Source of the DNA: an uncultured bacterium
Lineage (GTDB): Bacteria; Verrucomicrobiota; Verrucomicrobiia; Limisphaerales; UBA8199
Length of the DNA stretch: 64,000 nt
Direction: 5' to 3'
Assembly (NCBI GenBank): GCA_963749495.1
Contig: CAVVMW010000014.1
Span: 597,317-661,316, forward strand
The position numbers were made by a program, and so were the translations under genes. Below the pieces are notes generated by a model. It did not search any database. It was given only the letters and a program-made list of their open reading frames with translations, and was not told the DNA's origin. Each line of letters opens with the position of its first letter. The stretch's first letter is position 1. Below are positions 49,971-59,841 of this stretch, one piece after another.

Positions 49971-51176
49971 ATGAAAACCTCACTCAAAAACATCCTGATA
50001 GCGGTTGTTGGTGTCTGGTCGGCGGCGGCGTGGGCGGCAGAGCCAACCAAACTCCCCAAGCTGGTTGATCTGGGGGCGGACAAGTGCATTCCGTGCAAGG
50101 CGATGGCCCCTATTCTCAAGGATCTCAAAACGGAATACGCCGGGCGGATGGACGTGGAGTTTATTGACGTGTGGAAGAACCCGGGCGCGGGCAAGGCGTA
50201 TAAGATCAAGCTGATTCCCACGCAAATCTTCTTCGATGCCTCCGGCAAGGAGCGCTTCCGGCACGAAGGTTTCTTTGGGAAGGAGGACATCCTGGGGAAG
50301 TGGAAGGAACTGGGGGTAGATCTTAAGGGCAAAGTGTCCGCCGGCATCGTGCGGGAAACGGCGGTGGCGGCGGACACGCGCCCGCGCGAGTCGGTTTGTT
50401 TCATGTGCGATGGGGACGTGAACGCCAAGACACGGACGGTGGTTAAGGGGCAGAGCGAGCAACGGGTCCTGTGCGGGCCGCACTGCTACTTCATTTACTT
50501 CTCCAGCGTCGTGGGGGCGGACCCGAAGGCGGAGGCGGCCAAAGTGAGTGTGACGGACTGGGCCAGCGGCAACCTGGTGGCTGCGACCACGGCCAGTTAC
50601 CTGTATGGCATGGACGCGAAGGGCCGGGCGACCGTGAAAGCGTTTGCCGATAAGGACGCCGCCACGAAGGAGCAGCAGAGCAACGGCGGCAATGTCGTGT
50701 CGTGGGATGTGCTGCGCTCCAAGGAACTGGCGACGCGCTGCGCCTTTTGCGACCGGGCGGTGTATCCCGAGGACGCATGCGGCGTGAAATTTGGCACGAC
50801 GCGCGGCTACGGCTGCTGCACGCATTGCTCGATGGGGGTGGCGGCGCGGTTGAAACAGGACATCGAAGTCGAGGCCAGGGATGGGCTGACGGGCGAACTG
50901 ATCCGGGTGAAGACGCTGGATGGGCAGATTGCGTTGCTCGAACCAGCGACCGCCATTGCGTGGTTTGGCCAGAACAAGGGGCCGGATGGGAAATGGGTTT
51001 CGGCTGGCTGCTTCAAGCAGGCATTTTTTGTGAGCGAAGCCAATTTACAGAAATGGCTGGAGGCGCGGCCGGCAATGACCGGACGGCAAATCAGCATCGC
51101 CCAGGCGCTGGCGGACAAGATGAAGCTTTCGCCGGAGCAGATTGCCAAGGCGTGCAAGCTGGGGGAGTGCAAGTGA
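49971..51176 (+). CDS. Exported thioredoxin fused to NosL-like and MerB-like domains
   Basis: CIPC; CFMC..LCGPHC..VTDWASG..KAFAD..GG; CAFC..GCCTHC..LTGELIRV..GCFKQAFFVSEANLQKW. Confidence 0.65.
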   Translation: MKTSLKNILIAVVGVWSAAAWAAEPTKLPKLVDLGADKCIPCKAMAPILKDLKTEYAGRMDVEFIDVWKNPGAGKAYKIKLIPTQIFFDASGKERFRHEGFFGKEDILGKWKELGVDLKGKVSAGIVRETAVAADTRPRESVCFMCDGDVNAKTRTVVKGQSEQRVLCGPHCYFIYFSSVVGADPKAEAAKVSVTDWASGNLVAATTASYLYGMDAKGRATVKAFADKDAATKEQQSNGGNVVSWDVLRSKELATRCAFCDRAVYPEDACGVKFGTTRGYGCCTHCSMGVAARLKQDIEVEARDGLTGELIRVKTLDGQIALLEPATAIAWFGQNKGPDGKWVSAGCFKQAFFVSEANLQKWLEARPAMTGRQISIAQALADKMKLSPEQIAKACKLGECK

Positions 51177-51434
51177 GGCATGAAACGTGAAACGTGAAGG
51201 TGAAAGGTGGGGCGTGACGCGGCGGACACAAATCTTCCTCGTTGGGGCGCTCCTGGTGGGGGCGGCGGCTATGTCTTCAAGGAACTGCGGCACGGCACGC
51301 ACCCTGCTCGAATCAGGCCTGACGGCATCCGAGATCATGGACCTTGTCCCCGTAAAGCCGCTGGGGGAAATGGAGCCGCAGGTCGGCGAGATGTATCGGA
51401 CGCATTTGCCCGCCGTTTACCAAAAGATCAAGCC

Positions 51435-51853
51435 ATGAAAACTCCCATCAAATTCGTTATCGTCGCCGCGCTGTGTGCGGCGGTTGCCGGCGCTGTCGTG
51501 CTCAAGAAGGGCAAGGTGCCAGAGCCATCCCAAGGAGCCGCTGCGTCGGCCAGCGCAGCGAAAGCTCCACTGCCGCGGCTGGTGGACCTGGGAGCCGGGA
51601 AATGCATCCCTTGCAAGATGATGGCTCCCATCCTGGAGGAGCTGAAAAAGGATACGCCGGCAGGATGAATGTCGAGTTCATCGATGTTTGGCAAAACCCT
51701 AACGCCGGCAAGCAATACGGCATCGAGACGATCCCGACGCAAATCTTCTACGACGCGCAGGGTAAGGAGTTGTTCCGGCACGTTGGTTTTTTTGCGAAGG
51801 ACGATATCCTGGCCAAGTGGAAGGAACTGGCGGTGGACCTGAGCAGCAAGTGA
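51435..51853 (+). CDS. Third periplasmic thioredoxin paralog, frameshifted near 51650
   Basis: CIPCKMMAPILEELKK then YAGRMNVEFIDVW in a shifted frame after an A run. Confidence 0.8.
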
Positions 51854-51938
51854 AACGAGGGGCGTGATGCATGAAACGTGGAGATTGACATGTGAACAAT
51901 CCGACTATTAACACAAACACCAACCTGAAAGCAGAATT

Positions 51939-52421
51939 ATGAAACAAAACATACCTCGTCGGAACTTCCTGGCCACTGCGGGCGCCGCAACGCTTGGCGC
52001 CGTGATGGCCCGAGGAGCGGAAACCGCCGCTAATAGCAGCGTGGCCGGCAAGCCCCCGGCTCCCTGTTGCGCAGCGGCTCCCAAACTGGTCTTTCCGTGC
52101 TCCGGTTCTTCCGATGTCGGAGGCCTGGCGGACCAGGCGGGGCGCAAGATGACCATTGATGGCACGGGCAAGATGTATTGCCTCGCTGCCATTGGGGCGC
52201 GGATTCCGAGTTTCGTCGAGTCCACCAAAGCGGCCACGAAGGTGCTGGTGATTGATGGGTGTCCGGAGGAATGCGCGCGAAAGACACTGGAGGGGGCGGG
52301 GATAAAGAACTTTGGTCACCTGAAGCTGGCAAAGATGGGGTTTGCGAAAGGAAAGACACAGGTCACGGCGGCTCTTATCCAGCAGGTGAGTGATAAGGGG
52401 GCTAGGCTCCTGGCCGATTGA
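51939..52421 (+). CDS. Tat-signal DGC-domain protein
   Basis: PRRNFLATAG; PCC; FPCSGSSDVG, MYCL, IDGCPEECA. Confidence 0.85.
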   Translation: MKQNIPRRNFLATAGAATLGAVMARGAETAANSSVAGKPPAPCCAAAPKLVFPCSGSSDVGGLADQAGRKMTIDGTGKMYCLAAIGARIPSFVESTKAATKVLVIDGCPEECARKTLEGAGIKNFGHLKLAKMGFAKGKTQVTAALIQQVSDKGARLLAD

Positions 52422-52432
52422 TTTGGGCGCAT

Positions 52433-53317
52433 ATGCAGGCACACGACTCCAGTCGGGAGGCCGTCCGCGAGAAAGTGCGGGCGGGTTACAGCCAAATCGC
52501 GTTGCACGGCAGCGAACGTCGGAAGTCGAGTTGCTGCAACGGGATGAGCGCGGTGGACTCGGAAAAGCTGGCCTGTCAGATCGGGTATTCGGTCGAAGAA
52601 CTGGCAGGGCTGCCCGATGGGGCAAATATTGGTTTGTCCTGCGGCAATCCGAGCGCGGTGGCCGCCCTGCGGCCGGGCGAGGTGTTGCTCGACCTGGGCA
52701 GCGGCGGTGGCTTTGATGCCTTTCTTGCCGGGCCAATGGTGGGTGCGAGCGGGCGTGTTATCGGCGTGGACATGACCCCGGAAATGCTGGCGAAGGCGCG
52801 GAAAAACATCGCAACGTATCGGGAACGCACCGGATTGGACAACGTTGAGTTCCGGCTCGGGGAGATCGAACGGTTGCCTGTGGCTGACGGGACCGTGGAC
52901 GCGGTTATCTCGAACTGCGTGATCAATCTGTCGCCTGATAAAGCTCAGGTGTGGCGTGAGATCGCCCGTGTGCTCAAACCGGGTGGCCGCGTGGCCGTGT
53001 CTGACCTGGCGCTGCTCCAGCCGTTGCCGGTGGCGGTCGCGGAAATGGGCGAGGCGCTGGTGGGTTGTGTGGCCGGGGCGGTGCTGGTGTCCGAGACGGA
53101 GCGGCTGGTGCGGGACGCAGGCCTGAGCGATATCCGGCTCAACCCGAAGTTAGGCTACGTTGCTAGCTTGGTTGAATGGCAGGACCCCCTCTACCAAAAA
53201 ATCATGGCGCATCTGCCGGTGGGAAAAAGGCCCGGCGACTACATTACAAGCCTGGAAATCACGGCGCGGAAAAGGGACTGGTCAGCAGAATGTATGGGTA
53301 AGTCGAGGCTCAGGTAA
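52433..53317 (+). CDS. arsM: Arsenite S-adenosylmethionine methyltransferase; last codons replaced by the IS
   Basis: SSCC, GLSCGNP, LDLGSGGGFD, ISNCVINLSPDK, VGCVAGA. Confidence 0.9.
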   Translation: MQAHDSSREAVREKVRAGYSQIALHGSERRKSSCCNGMSAVDSEKLACQIGYSVEELAGLPDGANIGLSCGNPSAVAALRPGEVLLDLGSGGGFDAFLAGPMVGASGRVIGVDMTPEMLAKARKNIATYRERTGLDNVEFRLGEIERLPVADGTVDAVISNCVINLSPDKAQVWREIARVLKPGGRVAVSDLALLQPLPVAVAEMGEALVGCVAGAVLVSETERLVRDAGLSDIRLNPKLGYVASLVEWQDPLYQKIMAHLPVGKRPGDYITSLEITARKRDWSAECMGKSRLR

Positions 53318-54954
53318 GCGGCCAAGGCAATGATACAGGGCCAATTCCATGGCTGGATAGGTGCGGAAGCCGTAAGATCGTCTGGTTACCACTCGAATCT
53401 TGTTGTTCAGGCCCTCGACGGCGGCGCTGGAGAGCTCACCTTTGGCCTCGAACCAATTCAAGATCAACGGCTCATGGGCGCGCAGCATCCGGGCCACCTT
53501 CTTCATTGGTTCGAGCCGGCTGCGCATGGCTCGAGCGCACCAATAACCCAGATAGGCCACCACATAGATCGGAGAACGGTAGTGCCAAAGGTAGTCGAAG
53601 CTCTCCTTGAGGTTCCAGGCCCGTGCCGTCGCCAGCTTGCTGGCCAACAGGGCGTTGAGCTTGGAGCGGGCACGGCCCCGCACCCGGCTGCCCCGGCGCA
53701 ACAACTGCCAGCGCATGCCCTTGAGCCGCTGAGCCAGGGGCCGGCCGTGCAAGCGCGACTGCTCGCCCCGGCGCACCTCGTCCACCGCCTCGTTGAGGTG
53801 CCCCACGATATGAAAGCGGTCCAGCACGTTGAGCGCCTGCGGTATCTTGGCCGCGATCACCTTCAGGTAGGGCTTCCACATGTCGCTGCACACATACTTC
53901 AGAGCGCTGACCACCGGGGCTCCCAATTCTGCCAAGCCCCGCCGCAACGTGGCTTGAGTGCGCCGCCGACCCAGCCACAGCAAGCGCCGACAGTGGGGGT
54001 CAATCTGGTAAATCACCGTCAGGAAGTTGTCGGCCTTCTGGCCCTTGCCCCAATGGATCTCGTCCACTCCGATGGCCTCCACACCCTCCAGGCGCCGGTG
54101 CTCCAAACCCCATTGGACGAACCACTGCACCGAACGGTAGACGGCCTCCCAACTGGTGTGGAAGGCCTGGGCGGTTTCCTTCCAGGACAGCCGCCGGGCC
54201 CACCGGGCCAAGAGGCCCATCATCGCCGTCGTCACCGGCCGCTTGCCCTGGCTCCAGGGGATATGCTCGACGACCACCCCGTCCTGCGGACAATTGACCC
54301 GCCGCGGGGGGTAGAGGAAATAGGTCTTGACGCCCCACATCGGCGGAAACAGCCAGGACCGCTGGGGCAACTGATCATAGCCGGGGACTGGCTGCAGGCA
54401 CCGGGAGCACTTGGCGGGAATGCCGCCATGGGGTTGGAGGGTGATTTCGAGCCCGCTGGCCACGGCCTCGGCGGTCCCGGCACAAGCGGATGTCCTGGTA
54501 AACGAAGCCCACAAAGTGTTGAATGTCGTTGAGAACCGTCTTAACCTTCAATTGCATAGCTGGTCTGCCGCTCGGTGGCGGGCGTGCTTTTCACATCTCG
54601 CAGGCTACCGCAAGCCAGGCAGATCAGCTATCGCTTTGTGGCGCTGGGCAGCCCTCCGAGCCAAGCACACCTTCACCAGCAATTCCTTAGCGGCGCATCA
54701 TGGCGGAGGGCGGGGCTGTCAAGGTGGAGCGCAGCAGGGCACGAGGGCACGTGGCGAGCAATACCTTGACAGCCCCGCCCGGAGCCATACCCTGGCCGCG
54801 CCGGAATTGCTTGAAGTCCTTCTCCGGCCGTTAGGCCGCTCGATTCGTCGCGGAGCGTGCCGCGGGATGTTCCACGACCGCCCAACTCACCAACGTCAAC
54901 CCTCCGAACTGAACACGTGTCCAGATGTTTCACCCACAAATTGTGCGGGGGACC
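53274..54954 (-). mobile_element. ISL3-family insertion sequence
   Basis: Imperfect terminal IRs sharing GCA.AAT.T.TGGGT; flanking direct repeat CGGAAAA at 53267-53273 and 54955-54961. Confidence 0.8.
53282..54557 (-). CDS. ISL3 transposase, frameshifted near 54490
   Basis: CSRC..CPQD zinc finger, IGVDE, CSDMW, DRFH, VEGLNNKI..RRSYGFR. Confidence 0.9.
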
Positions 54955-55207
54955 CGGAAAATGGTTAGCGCGTGAAGCGGCGGACACAAATCGTCGTAGT
55001 CAGAGCGCTCCTGGTGGGGGCGGCGCCAATATCTTCAATGAAGCGCGGGGCGCGCTGTGATGCCGGGAGCAAGGGTGGCGGTGCGTGCTGTCCGCTGATG
55101 TCCGGTTTGAATCTGTGGTCAACGAACTCCTGGAGGGCGGTTGAATCCACGAACGGGAAGCCAGGGCTGACGGCCAGCGAAACCAGCCCCAATCGCCAGC
55201 GATAGTC

Positions 55208-55906
55208 ATGGAGCAGCTCTTTACATATCTTAGCCATGCGGTGGAAGGCGCGCCGCTGCTGGCGGTGGGGGCGTCGGCGGTTTGGGGCATCTTGAGCATC
55301 ATCCTGAGCCCATGCCACCTGGCGAGCCTTCCGCTGATTGTCGGGTTCATTAGCGGGCAGGGGCGGGTGAGCACGGCGCGGGCGAGCGGGATTGCCGCGC
55401 TGTTCGCGGTGGGCATCCTGGTGACCATCGCGGCCATTGGTGCCATGACGGCAGCGGCGGGCCGGATGATGGGCGACCTGGGCCGCTGGGGGAACTATTT
55501 CGTGGCGGTCATCTTCTTTGTCGTGGGGCTGCATCTGCTGGGAGTGATTCCGATGCTGTGGTCGGGGCCGGGCCAGGTGAATATGAAGCGCAAGGGACTG
55601 CTGGCGGCGTTTCTGCTGGGCCTGATCTTTGGCATCGCGCTTGGCCCGTGCACGTTTGCCTACATGGCGCCGATGCTGGGGGTCACCTTCAAGCTCGCCG
55701 AGAGCAACCCGCTCTATGGGGTATCTCTGCTGCTCGCCTACGGCGTGGGGCACTGCTCGGTCATCGTGCTTGCCGGGACGTTCACGGAAGTGGTGCAACG
55801 GTTCCTGAACTGGAACGAGCAGTCCAAGGGCGTCACGGTCGTCAAATGTGTCTGCGGCGTGCTGGTGCTCCTTGGAGGCGTCTGGCTGATTTATTCCGCA
55901 CCTTAA
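55208..55906 (+). CDS. ccdA: CcdA/DsbD-type transmembrane thiol-disulfide transporter
   Basis: LSPCHLASLPL and GPCT motifs in a 6-TM protein. Confidence 0.85.
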   Translation: MEQLFTYLSHAVEGAPLLAVGASAVWGILSIILSPCHLASLPLIVGFISGQGRVSTARASGIAALFAVGILVTIAAIGAMTAAAGRMMGDLGRWGNYFVAVIFFVVGLHLLGVIPMLWSGPGQVNMKRKGLLAAFLLGLIFGIALGPCTFAYMAPMLGVTFKLAESNPLYGVSLLLAYGVGHCSVIVLAGTFTEVVQRFLNWNEQSKGVTVVKCVCGVLVLLGGVWLIYSAP

Positions 55907-55926
55907 ACTGAAACGAGAAAGGACCA

Positions 55927-56313
55927 ATGAATACAAAGAACACTCAAGCTCAGTGCAGTTGCAGTTGCGCACCCAAGTTCATCTTTCCCTGCTCCGGCGC
56001 GTCGGACGTGGGCGGTCTGTCCGATCAGGCTGCGCGTCAGATGACCCTGGACGGGACCGGGAAGATGTATTGCCTGGCCGGCATCGGCGGGCGCGTGGAC
56101 GCCATCTTGGCGAACACGAAAGCGGCGGCCCGAGTGCTGGTGGTTGACGGGTGCGAGCAGGAGTGCGCCCGCAAGACGCTGGAGTTGGCCAGCTTTAAGG
56201 ACTTCCAACATTTGAAGCTGGCCGAAATGGGTTTCAAGAAGGGCGAAACGCCGGTCACGCCTGCCCGCATCCGCGAGGTGGCGGACAGGGGCGCGGGACT
56301 GCTGGCGCGCTGA
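55927..56313 (+). CDS. DGC-domain protein
   Basis: [28 protein letters not shown]. Confidence 0.85.
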   Translation: MNTKNTQAQCSCSCAPKFIFPCSGASDVGGLSDQAARQMTLDGTGKMYCLAGIGGRVDAILANTKAAARVLVVDGCEQECARKTLELASFKDFQHLKLAEMGFKKGETPVTPARIREVADRGAGLLAR

Positions 56314-56332
56314 GGGTGCTGGACAAGAGTCT

Positions 56333-56503
56333 ATGTCGAAGATGAAAGTCCTGTTCCTCTGCACGGGCAATTCCTGCCGGAGCCAGATGGCGGAAGGCTG
56401 GGCGCGGGCGCTCAGGGGCGACGTGGTCGAGGCATATTCAGCCGGGATTGAGAAGCACGGGATGAACCCGCACGCGGTCAGGGTGATGGCCGAGGCTGGC
56501 GTG
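56333..56503 (+). pseudogene. arsC: Thioredoxin-coupled arsenate reductase, N-terminal half only
   Basis: [17 protein letters not shown]...[10 protein letters not shown], then abrupt switch to acr3 sequence. Confidence 0.85.
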
Positions 56504-56504
56504 G

Positions 56505-57287
56505 GTGTTCATGCAGCACGTATTTGCGGCGTGGATCGACCCCGAGACGGCGCGGGGCTACACGGCCGGGCTGATTATCCTGGCGGCGGCGCCCTGCACG
56601 GCGATGGTCTTCGTGTGGTCGTACCTGACGGACGGGGACCCGGCCTATACGCTGGTCCAGGTGGCGGTAAACGACCTGATTATGCTGGTGGCGTTTGCGC
56701 CGATTGTGATGTTTCTGTGCGGGGTGGCGCATGTTGTGGTGCCGGCCAAGGTGCTGATTACTTCGGTGGTGGTGTTCATTGTGATTCCGCTGACGGCGGG
56801 GTGGCTGACGCGGACGGCACTGCTAAGATCGCACGGGAAGGAGTGGTTTGAGCAGCGGTTTCTGCCGAAGTTTCATCCGGTGATGATTGGGGCGCTACTG
56901 CTAACGCTGGTGCTGATCTTCGCGTTCCAGTCGAAGAACCTGACGAGTCGGTGGGTTGCGGTGGTGCTGATTGCGGTGCCGATTATTCTCCAGGTGTATT
57001 TCAACTCGGGGCTGACGTATCTGCTGATGCGGCGGCTGCGGGTGGAGCACAATGTGGCGTCGCCGGGGGCGTTGATCGGGGCGAGCAACTTTTTCGAGCT
57101 GGCGGTGGCGGTGGCGATTACGCTGTTTGGGGCGGATTCGCCGGCGGCGTTGGCGACTGTAGTCGGCGTGCTGGTGGAAGTGCCGGTGATGTTGTCAGTG
57201 TGCAAGGTGTGCAATCGGACGCGGGGGTGGTATGTGGGGGACTTGGGAGTTGGGGGCTTACGGTCCCGAGGGCCAGCTGCGTTCTGA
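56505..57287 (+). pseudogene. acr3: Acr3 arsenite efflux permease lacking its N-terminal part
   Basis: [37 protein letters not shown]. Confidence 0.85.
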
Positions 57288-57922
57288 TCGGCCTGCTGGT
57301 GGTTTGCGTGGGAAGCGGTTTCATCCTGCGAGGCTACACCGTGCGCCATCTCCCCCTGGCGCAGGTCTCCGGCGTGGATACCCTCACGATCACGACTGAT
57401 GACCGCGAGGCAGCAAAGGAACTGCCGCCGTCTGTCCTGGCGGAGCCGTCAGTCGCGTCCAAGCTCCAAGCCGTTCAAGGCAGCGCCGGTCACCGTACGG
57501 TGAGCGGCGTGGGGGATTTTGTGTCGAGCCTGGTGGTGGGCGCCCTGTGGACGGCGTTTGGAACGAGTGTGGCTTTCGGGTACAGCGCAACGCTTTTCAT
57601 GGCGGGGGCGTTGCTGGTTTTGCGTGTGAGACCCGTGTGAACCCGCCTGTGGCGTGAGAGCAGATGTGAACACCACTTGGGGAAAGTGACCGACCTGAAC
57701 AAATTCATGTCCCTCGGCGTGATGATGACGCCGGCACTGGCGACGCCGCTGGTCAGCGCCATCCTGGTCGAATTCGCGCACGAGCGCGGGGCAGGCGTCG
57801 TCGTGGTGACGCAGGATCACCGCACGCTGGACGTGTTTGACCTGGTGGCGATGATGGAAGATGGGCGGGTGAAACCTTCGCCTCAAGCACGCGAGACAAC
57901 AACGAACCCAGACGAAAGTTGA
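57288..57922 (+). pseudogene. Run of gene fragments: unknown membrane piece, MFS C-terminus, small thioredoxin piece, ABC ATPase C-terminus
   Basis: GDFVSSLVVGALWTAFGTSVAFGYSA; KVTDLNKFMSLGVMMTPAL; GAGVVVVTQDHR..VAMMEDGRV. Confidence 0.6.
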
Positions 57923-57926
57923 CACC

Positions 57927-58520
57927 ATGAAGTTGCGTGAAAGCGGGATGCCGGAGGAGGCGTATTGGGAAACGCTTTTCGATGTGGGGTTGATTCTCGA
58001 CCGGCTGGGAATTGACGCCCGGCTCCGGGATGTAGTCGAACTGGGCTGCGGCTATGGCACGTTCACCCTGCCGGTGGCCCGCCGAATCGCCGGCGTCGTG
58101 CGGACGTTCGACATCGAGCCGGAGATGGTGGCGCGAACGCGGCAGCGGGCGGCCGAGGCGAAGTTGGCCAATATCGTTTGTGAGCGGCGGGATGTCCTGG
58201 CCGACGGCTTCGGAGTCGCCGATGAATCCCAAGACGCCTGCTTGCTGTTCAACATCCTCCATTGCCAAGAACCGGAGATTTTGCTGAGCATGGCAGCGCG
58301 GGCGGTCCATCCGCTCGGCTGGGTGTTGGTCGTCCATTGGCGCTACGACCCTGCGACGCCACGCGGTCCCGGCCTCCAGATCCGGCCGCGGCCCGACCAG
58401 ATTCGCGAATGGGCGCGGCAGACCTGCCTGCTCGAAGCGGACAGCCCGGTGCTGGACCTCCCGCCATGGCATTACGGAATCCGATTTCAGAGCGACACCG
58501 CTTTGATCAACACCCACTGA
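57927..58520 (+). CDS. Class I SAM-dependent methyltransferase
   Basis: VVELGCGYGTFT, FDIEPEM, LFNILH, TPRGP. Confidence 0.85.
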   Translation: MKLRESGMPEEAYWETLFDVGLILDRLGIDARLRDVVELGCGYGTFTLPVARRIAGVVRTFDIEPEMVARTRQRAAEAKLANIVCERRDVLADGFGVADESQDACLLFNILHCQEPEILLSMAARAVHPLGWVLVVHWRYDPATPRGPGLQIRPRPDQIREWARQTCLLEADSPVLDLPPWHYGIRFQSDTALINTH

Positions 58521-58522
58521 AC

Positions 58523-59185
58523 ATGTCGCACATGGCAAGCCAGATAACACCCGAAACCTGCGACCGGGAGTTGGTGCATCGCGCTAAAGCAGGCGACTTG
58601 GACGCTTTCGAGGTGCTGACCAACCGTTATGAGCGGCGGGTTTACTCCCTCGCCCTGCGGATGCTGCGCCAGGAGCAGGACGCCGAGGACGTTACCCAAC
58701 AGACCTTCCTCAGCGTGCTGGAAAACCTGGGCGGTTTTCGCGGTGAAGCCAGTTTCTCCACTTGGCTGCTGCGCATCGCCACCCATGCGGCCCTCAAAAT
58801 CATCCGCAAACGGAAGGGCCTGGACACAATCCCTTTGGAGGAAGCGACGGAAGCCGCGGACGGGCTCGAGACCGTGCCGCATCCGGAATACATTGCCGAT
58901 TGGCGGCGGTCTCCCGAGGAGTTGGTGCACCGGAATGAAATCCGACGCCTTCTGGATGAGGCGCTGGCCCGTTTGGACGAGAAACATCGTCTCGTGTTCC
59001 TCTTGCGCGACGTGGAGGGGCTGTCCGTGAAGGAGACCGCCGATGTCCTGGGCCTGAGCGAGGCCAACATCAAAGTGCGGCTGCTTCGCGCCCGCCTCCA
59101 GCTTCGCGAATTGTTGACCCCCACTCTGGGCGACCCCACTCGACGCCTGGTGCGAGCAACCCATCACCCGTTCCACCCTCACTGA
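58523..59185 (+). CDS. ECF sigma-70 factor
   Basis: GDLDAFE, DAEDVTQQTF, FSTWLLRIA, VFLLRDVEGLS, KVRLLRAR. Confidence 0.9.
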   Translation: MSHMASQITPETCDRELVHRAKAGDLDAFEVLTNRYERRVYSLALRMLRQEQDAEDVTQQTFLSVLENLGGFRGEASFSTWLLRIATHAALKIIRKRKGLDTIPLEEATEAADGLETVPHPEYIADWRRSPEELVHRNEIRRLLDEALARLDEKHRLVFLLRDVEGLSVKETADVLGLSEANIKVRLLRARLQLRELLTPTLGDPTRRLVRATHHPFHPH

Positions 59186-59485
59186 GATTGGCAACACAAT
59201 GCCTGCAACGGATACGAACTTTACGAGACGCTGGGGGTGCTTGAGTTTGGAGCGGCTCCCTTTGCTGCCGGCTACGCGGCCCTCAGCGCCAGGCATCACC
59301 TCCTGTCCCTGGAGATGCATGTCGCGCGCGCGCCGGAACGCTGGCGGGCCGGCAAAGTCCGGCCCCCACAAGGTGGTCCGGCCCAGCCCTGCGATGGCAC
59401 GAATTGTTCCAACCCGACCACCGCGGCGGCGCCTCATCCGGCTGAAAAGCATCGGAAAACAGCCAATTAAGAGCTTTCCCTGCCC

Positions 59486-59501
59486 TGGCACGGCATTTGC
59501 G
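59486..59501 (+). promoter_or_regulatory. Sigma54 promoter TGGCAC-GGCAT-TTGC
   Basis: Consensus GG-N10-GC upstream of the glgP-aldolase genes. Confidence 0.65.
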
Positions 59502-59559
59502 GGAGGAACATCATGAAATGTCAGCGGACGGCTACGTTTATCGCTGACGCCGCTCTTGC

Positions 59560-59750
59560 GGCGGCGGTCTGAGCGCGATTGGGGCGGGCTGGTACAGCCT
59601 GGGCATTCCCAAGGACAGCATATGGCAGTATGAAACGGCGCTCGAGACCGGCAAAGTTGTAATGATTGCCGACGGCTCAATGAATGACACAACCCATGCC
59701 GAAGAAACCCTCAACCGCACCAGGCCGGAGACGCTGGAGCACAATCAGTG
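59560..59750 (+). pseudogene. C-terminal fragment of a general-stress-type membrane protein
   Basis: GLSAIGAGWYSLGIPKDSIWQYETALETGKVVMIADG. Confidence 0.45.
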
Positions 59751-59841
59751 AACGCACCCGCGATGAGCCACTGACGGGATTGACGAAAACGGTACAACGC
59801 GTCAGCGTTGCCGCCAACCGTGCAAATCCCGACGAGAAACC

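Noticed and set aside
45925..57287. Selenocysteine recoding in DGC, thioredoxin or ArsM genes
   Set aside because: Active-site positions are ordinary Cys codons; no in-frame TGA at conserved Cys sites was seen
59186..59420. Extra TGGCA(C) sigma54-like sites at about 59189 and 59395
   Set aside because: The -12 GC is absent or spaced wrongly (not GG-N10-GC)
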